Shown piece after piece: positions 52,118-64,000 of a DNA stretch of 64,000 nt. The position numbers and the translations under genes are program-made. Source of the DNA: Ascidiella aspersa (taxonomy: Eukaryota). Each line of letters begins with the position of its first letter. The stretch's first letter is position 1. The stretch spans positions 17,174,001 through 17,238,000 of the forward strand of contig OZ004610.1 in assembly GCA_963924565.1 (NCBI GenBank), written 5' to 3'. The notes beneath the pieces are model-generated. The model had not been told where the DNA came from, did no database searches, and saw nothing but the letters and a program-made list of their open reading frames with translations.

Positions 52118-52556
52118 TTTCCCTACAGCCTTGGGCGTAGTTTTGTCTATTTAAGTCTTACTCCGATTAATTTTGGGCTTAATTTGACATGTTTAGGTCT
52201 TATCTAGACTATTTTAGATCTTATTCTGTCGTGATCATTACTGTGAATTTGGCGTTATTATGTCGATGGTCTTAGTTCTATATGGTATTAGGCTATATAT
52301 CGGCCATGTTAAAATGGCGGATCGCAATCCGGTTCCGGATCTTTTAAACGTTTTGTGCGGATCTTCTAATGTAGTCTTGAAAAAATAAACTTTCTACAGT
52401 GTCTTATGTGAATACCAATTGTCAGTGTTGATGAATTTTGTAAAAAATCAAGCATAGAACGAGACTCACAAATGCTAATCTTTGTGAGCGTTTGAGGATA
52501 TCAGTAAGCGACAGAAAGTCTTAATTCGATGCTAATGTAAAACCTGAAGTCTAAAA

Positions 52557-53140
52557 CAGGGGTCGGCAACTGCGGGCCGGATGCGCCCAGCCAATGTAAT
52601 TCATTCGGTCAACCGCCTCTTTGACAAACTGGATACGAGTCCATTTCAAATACTTTTTGACTATTTTAACTAAACGTAAGAGTGAACAATTTAAATTTAA
52701 AAGAAAATGCCGGTATACCTAAAATAAATCGCGCTCGCTACGCTCGCCACGTGCACCCCGACTGGCAAAGGTTAACAAAAAACTAAACAAGATTAACTAT
52801 GAAAGTTATCGCGTTTCTTCAAAGTAGTTTTATTACACTTTTCATTAGTTGTATGGATGACGACGTTTGGGCTCGAGTTTTCAACCAAACAAAACGCCTT
52901 TTTTCGCGCTCTGCGCCAACATTTTACTGCCTCCTAAAATGTAATTAAACACACTTTTAAGTGAAAAGAAAAACATCCGAGGTCCGCCTGATTAAAAGTT
53001 TTTCTACCATTTTAATAACACAACTCTCAGTAAATTGTTCTGACATTTTAATAACACAATTCTCAACATTTTGTGCGGCCAACAAAGATCTTTCTGAGTT
53101 TGGTGTTGCCCCGCGACTAGAAAAAGGTTTCCGACCCCTG
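52557..53140. mobile_element. hAT-type MITE family B, copy 2
   Basis: Ends caggggtcggcaac / gtttccgacccctg; TSD gtctaaaa / gtctacac; collinear with 11061-11676. Confidence 0.85.
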
Positions 53141-53366
53141 GTCTACACCAACTCATCATTTTTCACACTGAAACAATATTGGTGCTGTAGCTCACTTCAC
53201 TTTTGACTTTCACAAAGTTATCAATATTTTGTAGGGCACATTTACATAAATAAAGCACCATAAAATTAAAGCGTGTCCAATATGTTTACTATTCGCATTT
53301 GGTGGATCATCATGTTGTCAGGTTTGACTGTGGTGGATCATGGCAGAAATCATTTGAGCACCCCTG

Positions 53367-56300
53367 CTATAGATTATCTGATTTAGATGTTGTTGCCTTG
53401 TAGGTCTTATTGTGTTTTCTACTTGAAAGTACTGCGGAATCAAAACTAATCTTAAAAGAAAAGTAAAAATACATGTTTTATTTATTAAATTAGTTTTGTC
53501 CATTTGCTCACGGCGCACCTGGCAGCCTTTCATGGCGCACCGGTTGAGAAGCGCTGCAGTAGGCTAATGCAATATGCAATAGTGATGAATAGCCCTCAGC
53601 AGATTGTGTCATTTTGTTTAACCACGCGAATTTCAGGTTTTCGCAAATTATCGCGCTTTAGTTTACATAGCCGATAGAAATAGATTAGTCCTTTATCAGT
53701 AAGAACTAAATTGGAACAAACTCTATTTAACATGGGCAACGCCTGGTATTTCTTCTAGTATATCACTATATTGGGACTCTTTACCTCTTTCTTGCGGTAA
53801 ATTTATCTGCCAAACGATATTCAATCGACCATTTGCAAAAAAAATATTTAGATTACATATTTAAAACTCACTAAATAATATAATCAGGGGTGAAAGTAAA
53901 ATAATGTTCTAACTGGAACGATGAATTTCGCATGTAAATTTTCAGAAATGACGTTACAAAATTACGTAATAACGTGACGTCTAGAGAAAACTAACCTGAG
54001 GAAACCCAAGGTTATCGTTCGTCGTTAAGTACCAATAATGCAACTGAGATCTTAGTTTAAACACATTTAAAAAAATGGCCTAATAAAAAACGGACATGGT
54101 CTGGTCAAAAATAACCTTTTTATCAGGACTGGGTACACAACCAAAAAATGTTGTACGGGAATGTCGTTCCGGCTTACTTTCACCACTGAATATAATGATA
54201 GTCAAAATGTTTATCCATTTGCCGTTCTTCATCTAAATAATTTTTTCGAACGCTTATTTACGGAGCAAAAACTTAAAAGTGATTTAATCGATCTTACTTT
54301 TTCGCGTCAGCGATCTAGTTTAAGGAGTTTGTGGCCTAGATGAGTGTTCGGAAAAGTTATTTAAATGAAAAACGGCAATATGGCGAAATAGTGACTACTA
54401 TTATATTGTTCAGTGTAAATATGTAACGTAAAGAGTTAAAAAAGGTGCCAAAGGTGTTTTAAATCGATCTTAATTTTGCGTACAAATTAATTTCGAGAAC
54501 AATATTACAATGGTGCGATATACCTACCGTGTTGATGTGTTGCGTTCGTCCACGAGAAATCTCTCCCATTACAACTGGGAACGTCGCTGGAGAAATAGGA
54601 AGTTTTCAAATTATTGCTTGTGGTATTCCGCGAAACGGCACAACTCTGTTTAAAGCCTGTATGTAGAAAGTACATTGCTTTCTTGAAATAGTCTTTACAC
54701 CACTGATACTCAACTTTGTGTTGAGGCACACTATGTTGAGCCTCAAGAGATTCGCAAGTGTGTCGCGTATTTTTTTGGAAGTTGGCAAAATTTTATATTT
54801 TCTTTTACATTTTACAAATTAGTAGGCACCCAAGCATGCGAGACTTACGTTATCCACAAGATAATTTATAATATTATGTTATTTACGCATTACCTTGACT
54901 CGTAGTAGGACGCTTTTAAAGTTATAATTGAACGTTTTTTGTAAAAAGGGAACCACTGCTCTACACGAATGACCAGTTCTGTATCTGCACACTGTATTAA
55001 GTTTACACCAAACTATCCGGAACTGTTTCGTAGCCAGTATTGTAAGTACAGCATTAATTAGCCTACTGTATCCCTCCCTCCATTGGCCTATTGGAAGCAT
55101 AATTTTAGAGACAAACTTGTTTATATTCTATTTTCTTACTGTTACGGTTAAGTTGAAACGTGTTTTGACTAGGAAGGAAGTGTTTTCTTGTCTCACGCTC
55201 CACCATCTACAAATGTAAAACGAAAAATAAGTTTTGTATGAGTTAGTGTTAGGCTTACTCTATATAAAGACACAAAATGATTTAACTGTTCACAAATGAA
55301 TAATCGATTTGTATATGCAGAAAATTTTCACTTCCTAATTTCTCATAAATATTTTCAACTTTAGCGATTATACAGTGCTATCAGTGTTCCCATGTAAACT
55401 CAGTGTCGCAATGTCACGTCGTAACGCGAAATGCACCCTTTAGGAACAAATAAAAAAATATAAACCCAACACCTTATTTTCGTTAATTGTACAACATAGT
55501 TTGGTGGTAAATCCTTAAATATTCCAATTATTTAAAAATCGTTCCAAACTAGCGTTATATGAAAACAAGTAATAAACATAGTTTCGTTATTTAGATTTTT
55601 TCTGCTGCATAGTTAGTTGGCAGTTTTGGATAACAAAATTTTGAAAGCTGTGAAATTATATACAGGATTGTTTGTCTCTCAAATAGCGGTGGCAAATTTG
55701 TTATAGGCTACTGGAAGGTTAAATGTAAACAAATCATAACCAGAATTTCCTAATTTAACAGATTCGTTATCGATTGCTGAATATCGCCAAAAAACAGTTT
55801 ACGCTCAACACATGATGGTGCACTTCCGTGGGCTACCAAATATATGTCGCTGTGCAGAAACGTTGGAACTTTACCTTCAAAATATATCACTCTAGTTTAC
55901 TCGATTAGCTAAAAGCTTGTGTCGTGCGCCTAAATTTAATTAGACTTCGCAGTGCCCACCACTCACCTTCCCTATTAATAAATAAAGAGCGTAAACTCAA
56001 GCTACTTATTGCATCAAGCCTTATTTTTTGTATACCATAAACGTACTTTTAAACGACTTCTTTGTTAAACACATCGGAGAATAATTAGGCGCATTTGTTT
56101 TAAATGTTACTCCAGTTGTTACGTTGGGTTTCACATACTTTATCTTCCAATTATAAACATATACATTTTGCATTAAAACTAAGTACTTAGTCGACCTATG
56201 ATATAATCAACGTTGCCACACAGAAATGATAAGCGCCTGTGCTGTTTAACGAATCCGCTAAGTTTTTCGAGTACGGCGACATATCAAAAACTATGTTGAG

Positions 56301-59300
56301 AGCCACGGAAAAAGCCACCGCACCACACGTGAAAGGTTGGAAGCGCTAATCCAGTACATAAAATTTAGCAGTATCGAAGGTGTATAACGATAGTTTATTT
56401 TTCAGTTATTTTTTGTTTACCCTGTTTTTAAATAGTATATTTTTTTGTTTACGCCATCTTTTGTTTAAATACGTTGACTAGTTTCGCCATCCTGGACTTT
56501 TAAATTACTGATTAGTAGGCCTATACCTCCTTTAGATGAGTAATTTTTGACGACAGGTCTATTATTCCGTTGTTTTCCTATTGTATAAATTTGGCCTTAG
56601 GTATAATTATACATTTGTTGAAACTTGAGGAGCGAAACTTACTGGTTTCGGTAAGTGCGTGTTCACTGAAACATTATTTTTCGCGAAGCTCTTCGAACGT
56701 TGCTTTTTGAAAGTTTTCTCCTTGAAAAAACTAGCAACTCTGCTTGCCCGTTTTTTAGAGGTTTTACTTTCCTTGCTCTCCTCTCTGCGGAATCTAAATA
56801 CGAAAAAATGATACACATGCTACACGCTTGCAAGGTACAATTTTACTGGTGTAGCCTAGTTGTTCTTGATATTAACATAATTTGTAAGGAGGTGGTATCG
56901 AGTCCTCCAATGTTATATAAGTCTTACACGAATACTCAGAGCTCACCGATACCTATTTTATGTACGCCACAAAAAATCGTTAAATTGTTTAACATATCAA
57001 AGGTTTTTATTACTCTAAATTCCTAGTGTTGTTATACAAAAAAGCTAAAATATACTTGTATTGGTTGCTTTTTTCGTTCTCTAACACGATCTTCTCAATT
57101 TCTTCTACTATCTGTGGTTCGTGGTGATCTCTAGATGATTTTCTCTGGTAAAAAACAACTTATTATGTAGTTTATCTATATTGTAGAAGCAACTTAGATC
57201 CAATATTATTTTACGTCATACGGCCAGACAAAGAGAAATATTGTTACATCAACTCAATCTTCATATTTCGGCACCGTTAGTTTGTTTTTTGAAGTTATGT
57301 GCTATTTGGACTTATATCAGGGGATAAGTAGAGGTTTAGTCACTATCGATTATTTGCAAATTGTCGTATATAGGAGGAGTAGTTATCTGACGAGGACAAC
57401 ATTTTCATGTAAACGGCGCAACTTTTTTTTTATTTTCGAGTACTTAAAGAGTTCTCTTTCCCAGTGGTTCTTGGCCTTTGACACCCGGCGAGGAATCACT
57501 TCTCTTTATTATTACGTCGTGTTTTGAAATTCGATTATAAAAAAAATACAAAAAAAGAAACAATTAACCCCGTTCCTTTCCTAGTATATTTAGTAAACAA
57601 CAGGCCACTTTAGTCATTTCATTTTCAGTGTATATTTAAAACCTGTCATGCATTATACATTTTCGTGTGCCAAAAACATAATGTAAACCCAACAATAAAT
57701 AAAACAATTATCCCACCTTCACAAAATGCGGGAAAGTAAGTTTAACGAACAGTAATAAACCAGTGAAACCATTGTGCCGCAAACAATATTAATATGCAAA
57801 GAAGTCAGTTAATTTTAAAAAAGTCATTGTTCCATACCACAATCGATGGTTTAATTTCCATGGAAACTTGTTTCACTTTGCAGACTTCGTTAACCTTGCC
57901 GTTTGGTAAGCTATTCGAGGGCATCACAGTACTGCGGTTACTGCGGGTCATTTTCTTCAGCTTTTGAAAGTGGCTGTGCAGCTCATGCCTTGTATTTTTC
58001 CCAATCTACGTTAAGAAAAAGTGTTTAGGATTATCATTGTCAATTATAGTAACACTGAATGATGTTGCCCACTTTAAGTTGAAATGCTTGCATTTTCCTT
58101 AACTTGATCATGACGCAGATGAACGCAATAAATGCGAAAAGAAAAACAGCAGAAGCTGGTATCACAGATGTCATTATGTTCTCCATTTTTGACCAGTCGC
58201 GTTGACTCGTGTCGTTGCAGTATCTGCCAAATTTCGACATAAATTATGGCTAATAAACCGCATGAGGCTCGTTTAGTCGATTTTTGTTCAGTTTTGTTTC
58301 TGTTACGTTTCGCAGCGTGCTTCCGACCCGTCCGGCTTAGTGTCTTGTTTGTGTTATTTCAGTGTATTCTATAGTAAAACTATTATTTAGTCATTAGTAG
58401 TATACTCTTCAATATTTTAAAAGTACTATAGTTTGCTTAAGACGTATTGTCCCCTTTTAAATTAAACGTTTTGTAATTTAAATTAAATAAACGCAAATCT
58501 CTTAACTGTAGGTAAATTAGTGTAGTTAAGTGTTGTTTATTAGCAATAAAAAATATTAAAAATGCTAATTAAAATTGTAAGTAATAAAAGTGTATCTCTT
58601 AAATTTTAGCTTTTTTATTTTCGGATTAGTTTTCTGTTATGAGGAAATTTACCAAGAATCTTGGTTGAAAATTATAATCAGAGTGGAGCACTCATGTGGC
58701 TTCGGCCTAAAGCCTTACTGTATAGATTAGAATATACTTCATGCTTTGTGTTGTTATAGTGCCTAATGTTTATAGACAGGTTGTTCTTTGTTTTTTTAAA
58801 TTGAAAATAATTCACAACGTTAGCTCAAGGTATTAGGCCCAAATGCGAATAGGGTTGATCTTAATACTAATTAACCAAGTTTCTTACCTTCCCGAAAACC
58901 CACTTTGACAAAAGCATTCGAAGCCTGACACCAGGTCAATGCAGGACGCTCCATTTAAACACTTCACATTTACACAGTTATCTTCATTAGTTTCACAAAA
59001 GCGACCAGAAAATCCATCAGCGCAATTACACGCAAATGAATCCTAAAGAACACAATAAACATTAGATTGTTACAATGCGAATACTAATTTGAAAACAATT
59101 AGAAGCGAATACGGTGAAAAAAAAGCCTAAACACAATGGCGTAAGATTCCGCCATTACGTCTCAAAAATCACATTTGGGGCTAATAGCTAAACCACCGAA
59201 AACTAAACGACTGACGAACAGCTGTTACAGATGGCCTATACGCAATTCAATACCTTGTTAACTGAATGGAAAACATGGCGTAAGCACAGGTATATTTTCT

Positions 59301-62300
59301 TTTGTATTTTTGCTATTAAAGTTGTCAATAACACCACATTGTTTAAAGACAGTCATAATTCTTTAAGGTTGACTGAAAATCGGTTAAGTTGTTTGTGGAG
59401 TAACATTTTGTATCTTGTCGGGTGCGAACGAGAGCCGCGACCTTATGAATCGTTTAGCTATAACGTAAAGCTAGGTGTGTTGTGTATGACCTACCGTTTC
59501 CTCGACACAAGTGCCGGAATTCATACATGCATTTGCGTGACAAAACACCTTTTCATCTTCACAGTTGTCTCCAGTGTAGCGCCCAGGGCATATGCAACTA
59601 TAACAAATCGTAGTACTGGTAACCACAACAAAGAATAAAATATAAAAGGTTATAATAGTAACTGTCACCTGTACGAGTTAATAAGATCCTGACAGGTGGC
59701 GTTGTTTTGACAGGGGAGTGACTCGCACTCATTAATGTTGATTTCGCAGTCACGACCTGGAGTAACCAACAAAATTTTGCATGAATATGCGACAAAAATT
59801 GTATTTTTTAACTTAAAATTGTTATTCACCAAATAGATCATGTCTGTCAGTCGACAGGGTCGGTGCATTAATTCTTTGTCTATACAAAGTCGTATGAAAT
59901 GTGAATAAAATTTCTGTATAGTTTAGTTAAGAAATAATAGGATTTCAACGATAGAATTATAACTGTAATTAGTTTCCATATTGTAAACCAAATTTCTCAA
60001 AATTACCTATAGCCTACCGTGCCGTTCATAATAAAGGCTCCTCAACATAAAACAAAGTTCAACTTCTTCGCGACCGCAATTATTCAATGTACAGCTACAA
60101 AACGGACTCCAGCCATAAGATCGAATTTAGAACAACATCAACGTCGGAATAAAATATTTCGGATAAGACTAAAATTACACTAATACCCGATAATCATAAT
60201 ACCGTCCAAGGCGAAATAAGTCATAAACCCGTAAGAATAAGACCTAAATTGGCAGAATAAGGCATGTACCACCTTTTATCCAACCCCAAGCCCCAGCCCA
60301 TTACTAACTACCCTGATAATTTAAATCTCAACTCAATTTCTAACTTCACTCATTACCCATCCCTAACCCAAAACAGAGACAAACAATCTGGTGCGAAAAC
60401 AGTGGTTCCCTAACGGCGCCGTTTAGACTAGGGCGCCACAAAAACGGCCGCTGCCAGACCGATGCCCCCCGATCGTCCTATACAACCCCCCCCCCATATT
60501 ACCAAAGCCAGTATGAGTAACAGAGAAGGCCTCCTTACGCCCGTAACCTAGAAGGACAACGACCAGACCCCCGTAGTACTAACATATAACCATCGGTACC
60601 TGAACCGCATAATCGCCGACCTTCATCCAATACTGACCAACAATCCAATAACCGCGTCGATACTTTCCTTAAAGCCACCTCTAAAGCCACTTCTAAGTTA
60701 TCGGCAACCGCGCAACATGCGCAACAAAGTCGTCATGAGCACATTTGAAAAACTAAAACAAAAATTTGGTAGCCTGCACTGCGGAAAAAGTCGTTGTGAG
60801 CTGTGCACACATATCAATAGGAGTCACATTATTAAAGAACCGAATGGCAGCGGCGTTAAAGTGGGAGTGAAATACAACTGTCATACCACCAATGCGGTTT
60901 ACGCAGTTACATGCGTAAAATGTACCCAAACAATCTATGGAGAAACTAGACAAACAATTAAAAAGCGCATGAATTGACAAAAAAGTGACATTGGTCATGG
61001 ATATGTGGACAAACCTGTTGGCGAACATTAAAATCAAGGATTACACAGTATAAAAGACTTCGAGTTTTCGTGATCAAAAAAGTAAGGAACGGCACTCAAG
61101 CGAGACTCACAGTTGAAGAAAGCATAATTAAAAAATTCAACGCCATCAACGTTGGGCTCAATCGGGATTTGGGCTGTATGTCACACAACGCCTCATAGCA
61201 GACTTTTACACCCAGCGTACTTCGAAGCGCAGACCTCCTGTTATTTTGTTTTTGCACGCTTGTGCTTCTACTTCGTGCATTTTAATTGTTTTCGTTTCTA
61301 CTTTACCTAATGAAGCACGGCTGTGCGAAAACTTGTCGAAAATTCAATACAATTTGTCTTTATATAGTGCCACCTGATTACCCTCAAAATTAAATTTTAT
61401 TGATAAAATGTCAACTAAACGGCAATTAAAAAAATCGGATTATATATTTTTTTTAATTTTATAAGCGATTCATATGCATTTTTAATCGATTTTGACTTCA
61501 AACAATTTTGACAAATATTGACCTAACGTCTGAATTAAACGAAATTTTGACTTTTTTGACAAGTTAAAAAAATAATCGCCCTACTAGTAACCGATAATTT
61601 CAAATAAGCCTATGAATATTGATACTTCTGTATGAGCTTTGATAACCCAGTATACGTCTTACTGCAACCTTCAACCATTATGCTCTGAAGACCTCTACGA
61701 CTGTGGATGGATTCTTTTAAATTGCAAAACGGAACATGGAAAGACGTCTTAAACAAAATAGGCGGAGCCTACTCCGAAATAGTGGGTCTACGAATTCTGT
61801 TATAAAGTATTAATGATTTTGCCCACGGCTTTATCTTTTTCACAACACAATTGGTTCGTCCGCGCAAAGTCGAGTTCAACTATGGAAATTAACACTCGAT
61901 CGGTACAAAGTTTTGCCACGCGGCTTGATTTTAAAGCATACTAGATTTTGTGATTTGAGAAAAATATTTACTTAATTATGACGTCACGCCATGTAAATGG
62001 CGCCGTCATTTCTAAATTTTGTATGGCCATCTCAAACAAATACCTTGAAATGCGCTCCTCGCTATCACAATATATGGATATGCAACTTGTGTAATATATT
62101 TACTTGTAATGCAGAACATACGCATTTAATGGATAATATTGGAATTGGCTCGCATAATAACAGTGTGGTGTCAACCATGAACGATCACAACAGCGGCGTG
62201 TATCACCTGAAAATCCCATGAGACAAGCGCAAGTATAATTTCCTCTTTGATCGAAGCAATATCCGTTATTTAAACACGGCTTATGTTCACATTCATTTTT

Positions 62301-64000
62301 CTCCACTTGGCAACGATCGCCACTGAAGCCGATTGGACAACTGCACGAAAAACTGTGGAAAAAATTAATGATTCAATACATCTTTAAATTTCATTGTTAA
62401 ACTAGTTATCTTTTTACTAAAAATGTTGTGAACTATATTTATGTTTAGTCAAATACTGAAAATTATGGTTATACATGAAATACGTTCTACGAGCTTTCCA
62501 TGTCATTCACCCTGACGAAGGCGACTTGCGTAGGTTGCCGAAACGTTGGTTAGGAACTACAATTACCAGAGGATTTTTTTTGCACAAAAAGGGATTATTT
62601 TCGCTTAAACAGGTTATTGAAAACAAACCGCGGGCCGAAATAATTGCTTGGCGGGCCGTATAGTTTTTTTGGTTTAGGTAAACCAATAATCGTTGTAACT
62701 TTGCTTGCTTTGCGCTCGAACCTGTTACGTTCATCTAAACAAGTTCCTCCATTTCTGCATGGAAAGACCGAACACTCGTTCACTTCTATGTGGCAAGTGC
62801 TACCTCGGAAACCTGGTGCACATGTGCAGATAAACTTGTTCATGCCATCCTCGCACGTACCGCCATTTTGACAAGGTCGGCTATTGCATTCAAGGACGTT
62901 GTTCTACAATTAAGAAAATTAGGGTTTAAAAATTTTAATAATGCTACAAAAGCTTTACTAAGAAAAGTACACCACAGCCAAAACATGACCTCGAATGGAA
63001 TAGGAAGATCTGCGAAACCCAATTTTTAAACTAATAGCACCAAAATAAATACACTGCGAAAGCTACGATAGCCAAGGTTACGATTGCAAAAAAGTTGTTC
63101 GTGGTGTTGAAATGTGTATATGATATTGATCTGTCTTGTTGACGACTGGATAAAACTAATTTGGCGATAACCATGTAACAAAATTATGAAACCTTGGCTT
63201 GTGCAACTGGTTTTAACGTAAAACAAAGTAGTCCAGGTATAGCGGAACTTTTCTCACGCTAAAACATGTATTAAATCCAATTGAACGCCTGTCAATTTTG
63301 TTAACTAAAACTTTTCAGTATAGCTTTAAACTTCTGCCTATCTCATCTGTACACACTACTATATCTAACTCACTAAAATCCTTAAACGACGTTAACCCAC
63401 CAACCGTGTAACAAGGGCTTCTCAATTATAAAAAATATATTAATCCAACACTTACAACAACCTAATTTTAGTGGAATTTTTATATAGGTGTTATTTGGCA
63501 ATAATGCCCTATCGCTGTACGGTATAATGTTTTTTACTGTGGTAATTTGCGGTAGAATCCTTTTGTCGTTTTGTTTTGGTGTCCTAAAAGGTTTCGCTGT
63601 AAAGTCTTATACGGTCGTGGCAGGCCTACTTTTAAAATATAACGTGACTGATATTTTAATAGGACACGTATTTTTAGTGTTACCTGGCACGTGATCCCCG
63701 AATAGCCGGGCTGACACTCACACCGAAACGAGTTTACCTCGTCGATGCACATCGCTCCGTTTTTGCAGGGGTTGCTGGCGACAAAATAAAGCATAAGTTT
63801 AATTAACTTTGCTACCTTGTTATTAACGTTATAGGTGATGTTTTACCTGCCACATTCAGCGGTTTCTACTTCACATTTTGTTCCGGTGAAACCCGGTGCA
63901 CATTCGCATTTGTAAAATCCTTGGCGGTTGTTGCATGTACCAGCGTTAAGACAAGGATTAGATAGACATTCGTCTACGTCGATTTCACAAAACTTTCCCG
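53367..64000 (-). CDS. multi-EGF (Ca-binding) type-I transmembrane protein, Notch/fibropellin-like ectodomain; 5' part outside window, last exons uncertain
   Basis: Phase-consistent EGF exons 64000-63847, 63774-63684, 62903-62722, 62352-62207, 59756-59669, 59597-59495, 59042-58888. TM exon 58223-58073 ([24 protein letters not shown]). Cytoplasmic exons 58005-57838, 57144-57056, 56793-~56620; tentative further exons to a TAG at 53367. Confidence 0.8.
53885..54188. mobile_element. hAT-type MITE
   Basis: TIR caggggtgaaagtaa / ttactttcaccactg; perfect TSD aatataat. Confidence 0.85.
60496..61370 (+). mobile_element. 3' fragment of a Neptune-type Penelope-like element (GIY-YIG with Cys linker)
   Basis: [45 protein letters not shown]...[18 protein letters not shown] and GLNRD motifs with stops and frameshifts; antisense in an intron of the EGF gene. 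Confidence 0.85.
61302..61342 (+). ncRNA. mutated hammerhead ribozyme motif in the Neptune 3' UTR
   Basis: uuuac CUAAUGA a GCAC ggcu GUGC GAAA acuu GUC gaaaa: perfect stem II and GUC site, but CUGA>CUAA core substitution. Confidence 0.55.
62506..62556 (+). ncRNA. hammerhead ribozyme-like motif
   Basis: uucacc CUGACGA a GGCGACUU gcgu AGGUUGCC GAAAC guug GUU aggaa: intact core, 8-bp stem II (with G-U pairs), 2-bp stem III, imperfect stem I. Confidence 0.65.

Overview
AT-rich animal genomic DNA with compact genes, GT-AG introns (many 50-200 nt) and dense hAT-type MITEs; the overall style is ascidian/tunicate-like, which is an inference. Host genes reconstructed by hand: (+) a CaRF/ALS2CR8-domain gene, intronless TDP1 with an N-terminal PBZ finger, and ATRAID, packed head-to-tail as a possible operon; (+) intronless TMEM161; (-) C18orf32; (+) BPNT2/IMPAD1; (+) POLRMT; and (-) the 3' part of a multi-EGF type-I membrane protein. 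The most unusual structure is a 4.8-kb nested insertion between C18orf32 and BPNT2. It is a Penelope-like retroelement with a 14-bp TSD and an inverted terminal copy, with a minimal hammerhead ribozyme in one arm that is cleanly deleted from the other. A composite hATm-like transposon interrupts it; this is built from two transposase 3' ends, has a 9-bp TSD and carries a LINE fragment. The window also holds three more hammerhead-like motifs, an Academ relic, a Neptune-type Penelope relic and sharp intragenic CpG-poor to CpG-rich switches. No prokaryotic system or CRISPR array is present. All gene models and family names come from manual reading and motif recall, not database searches.
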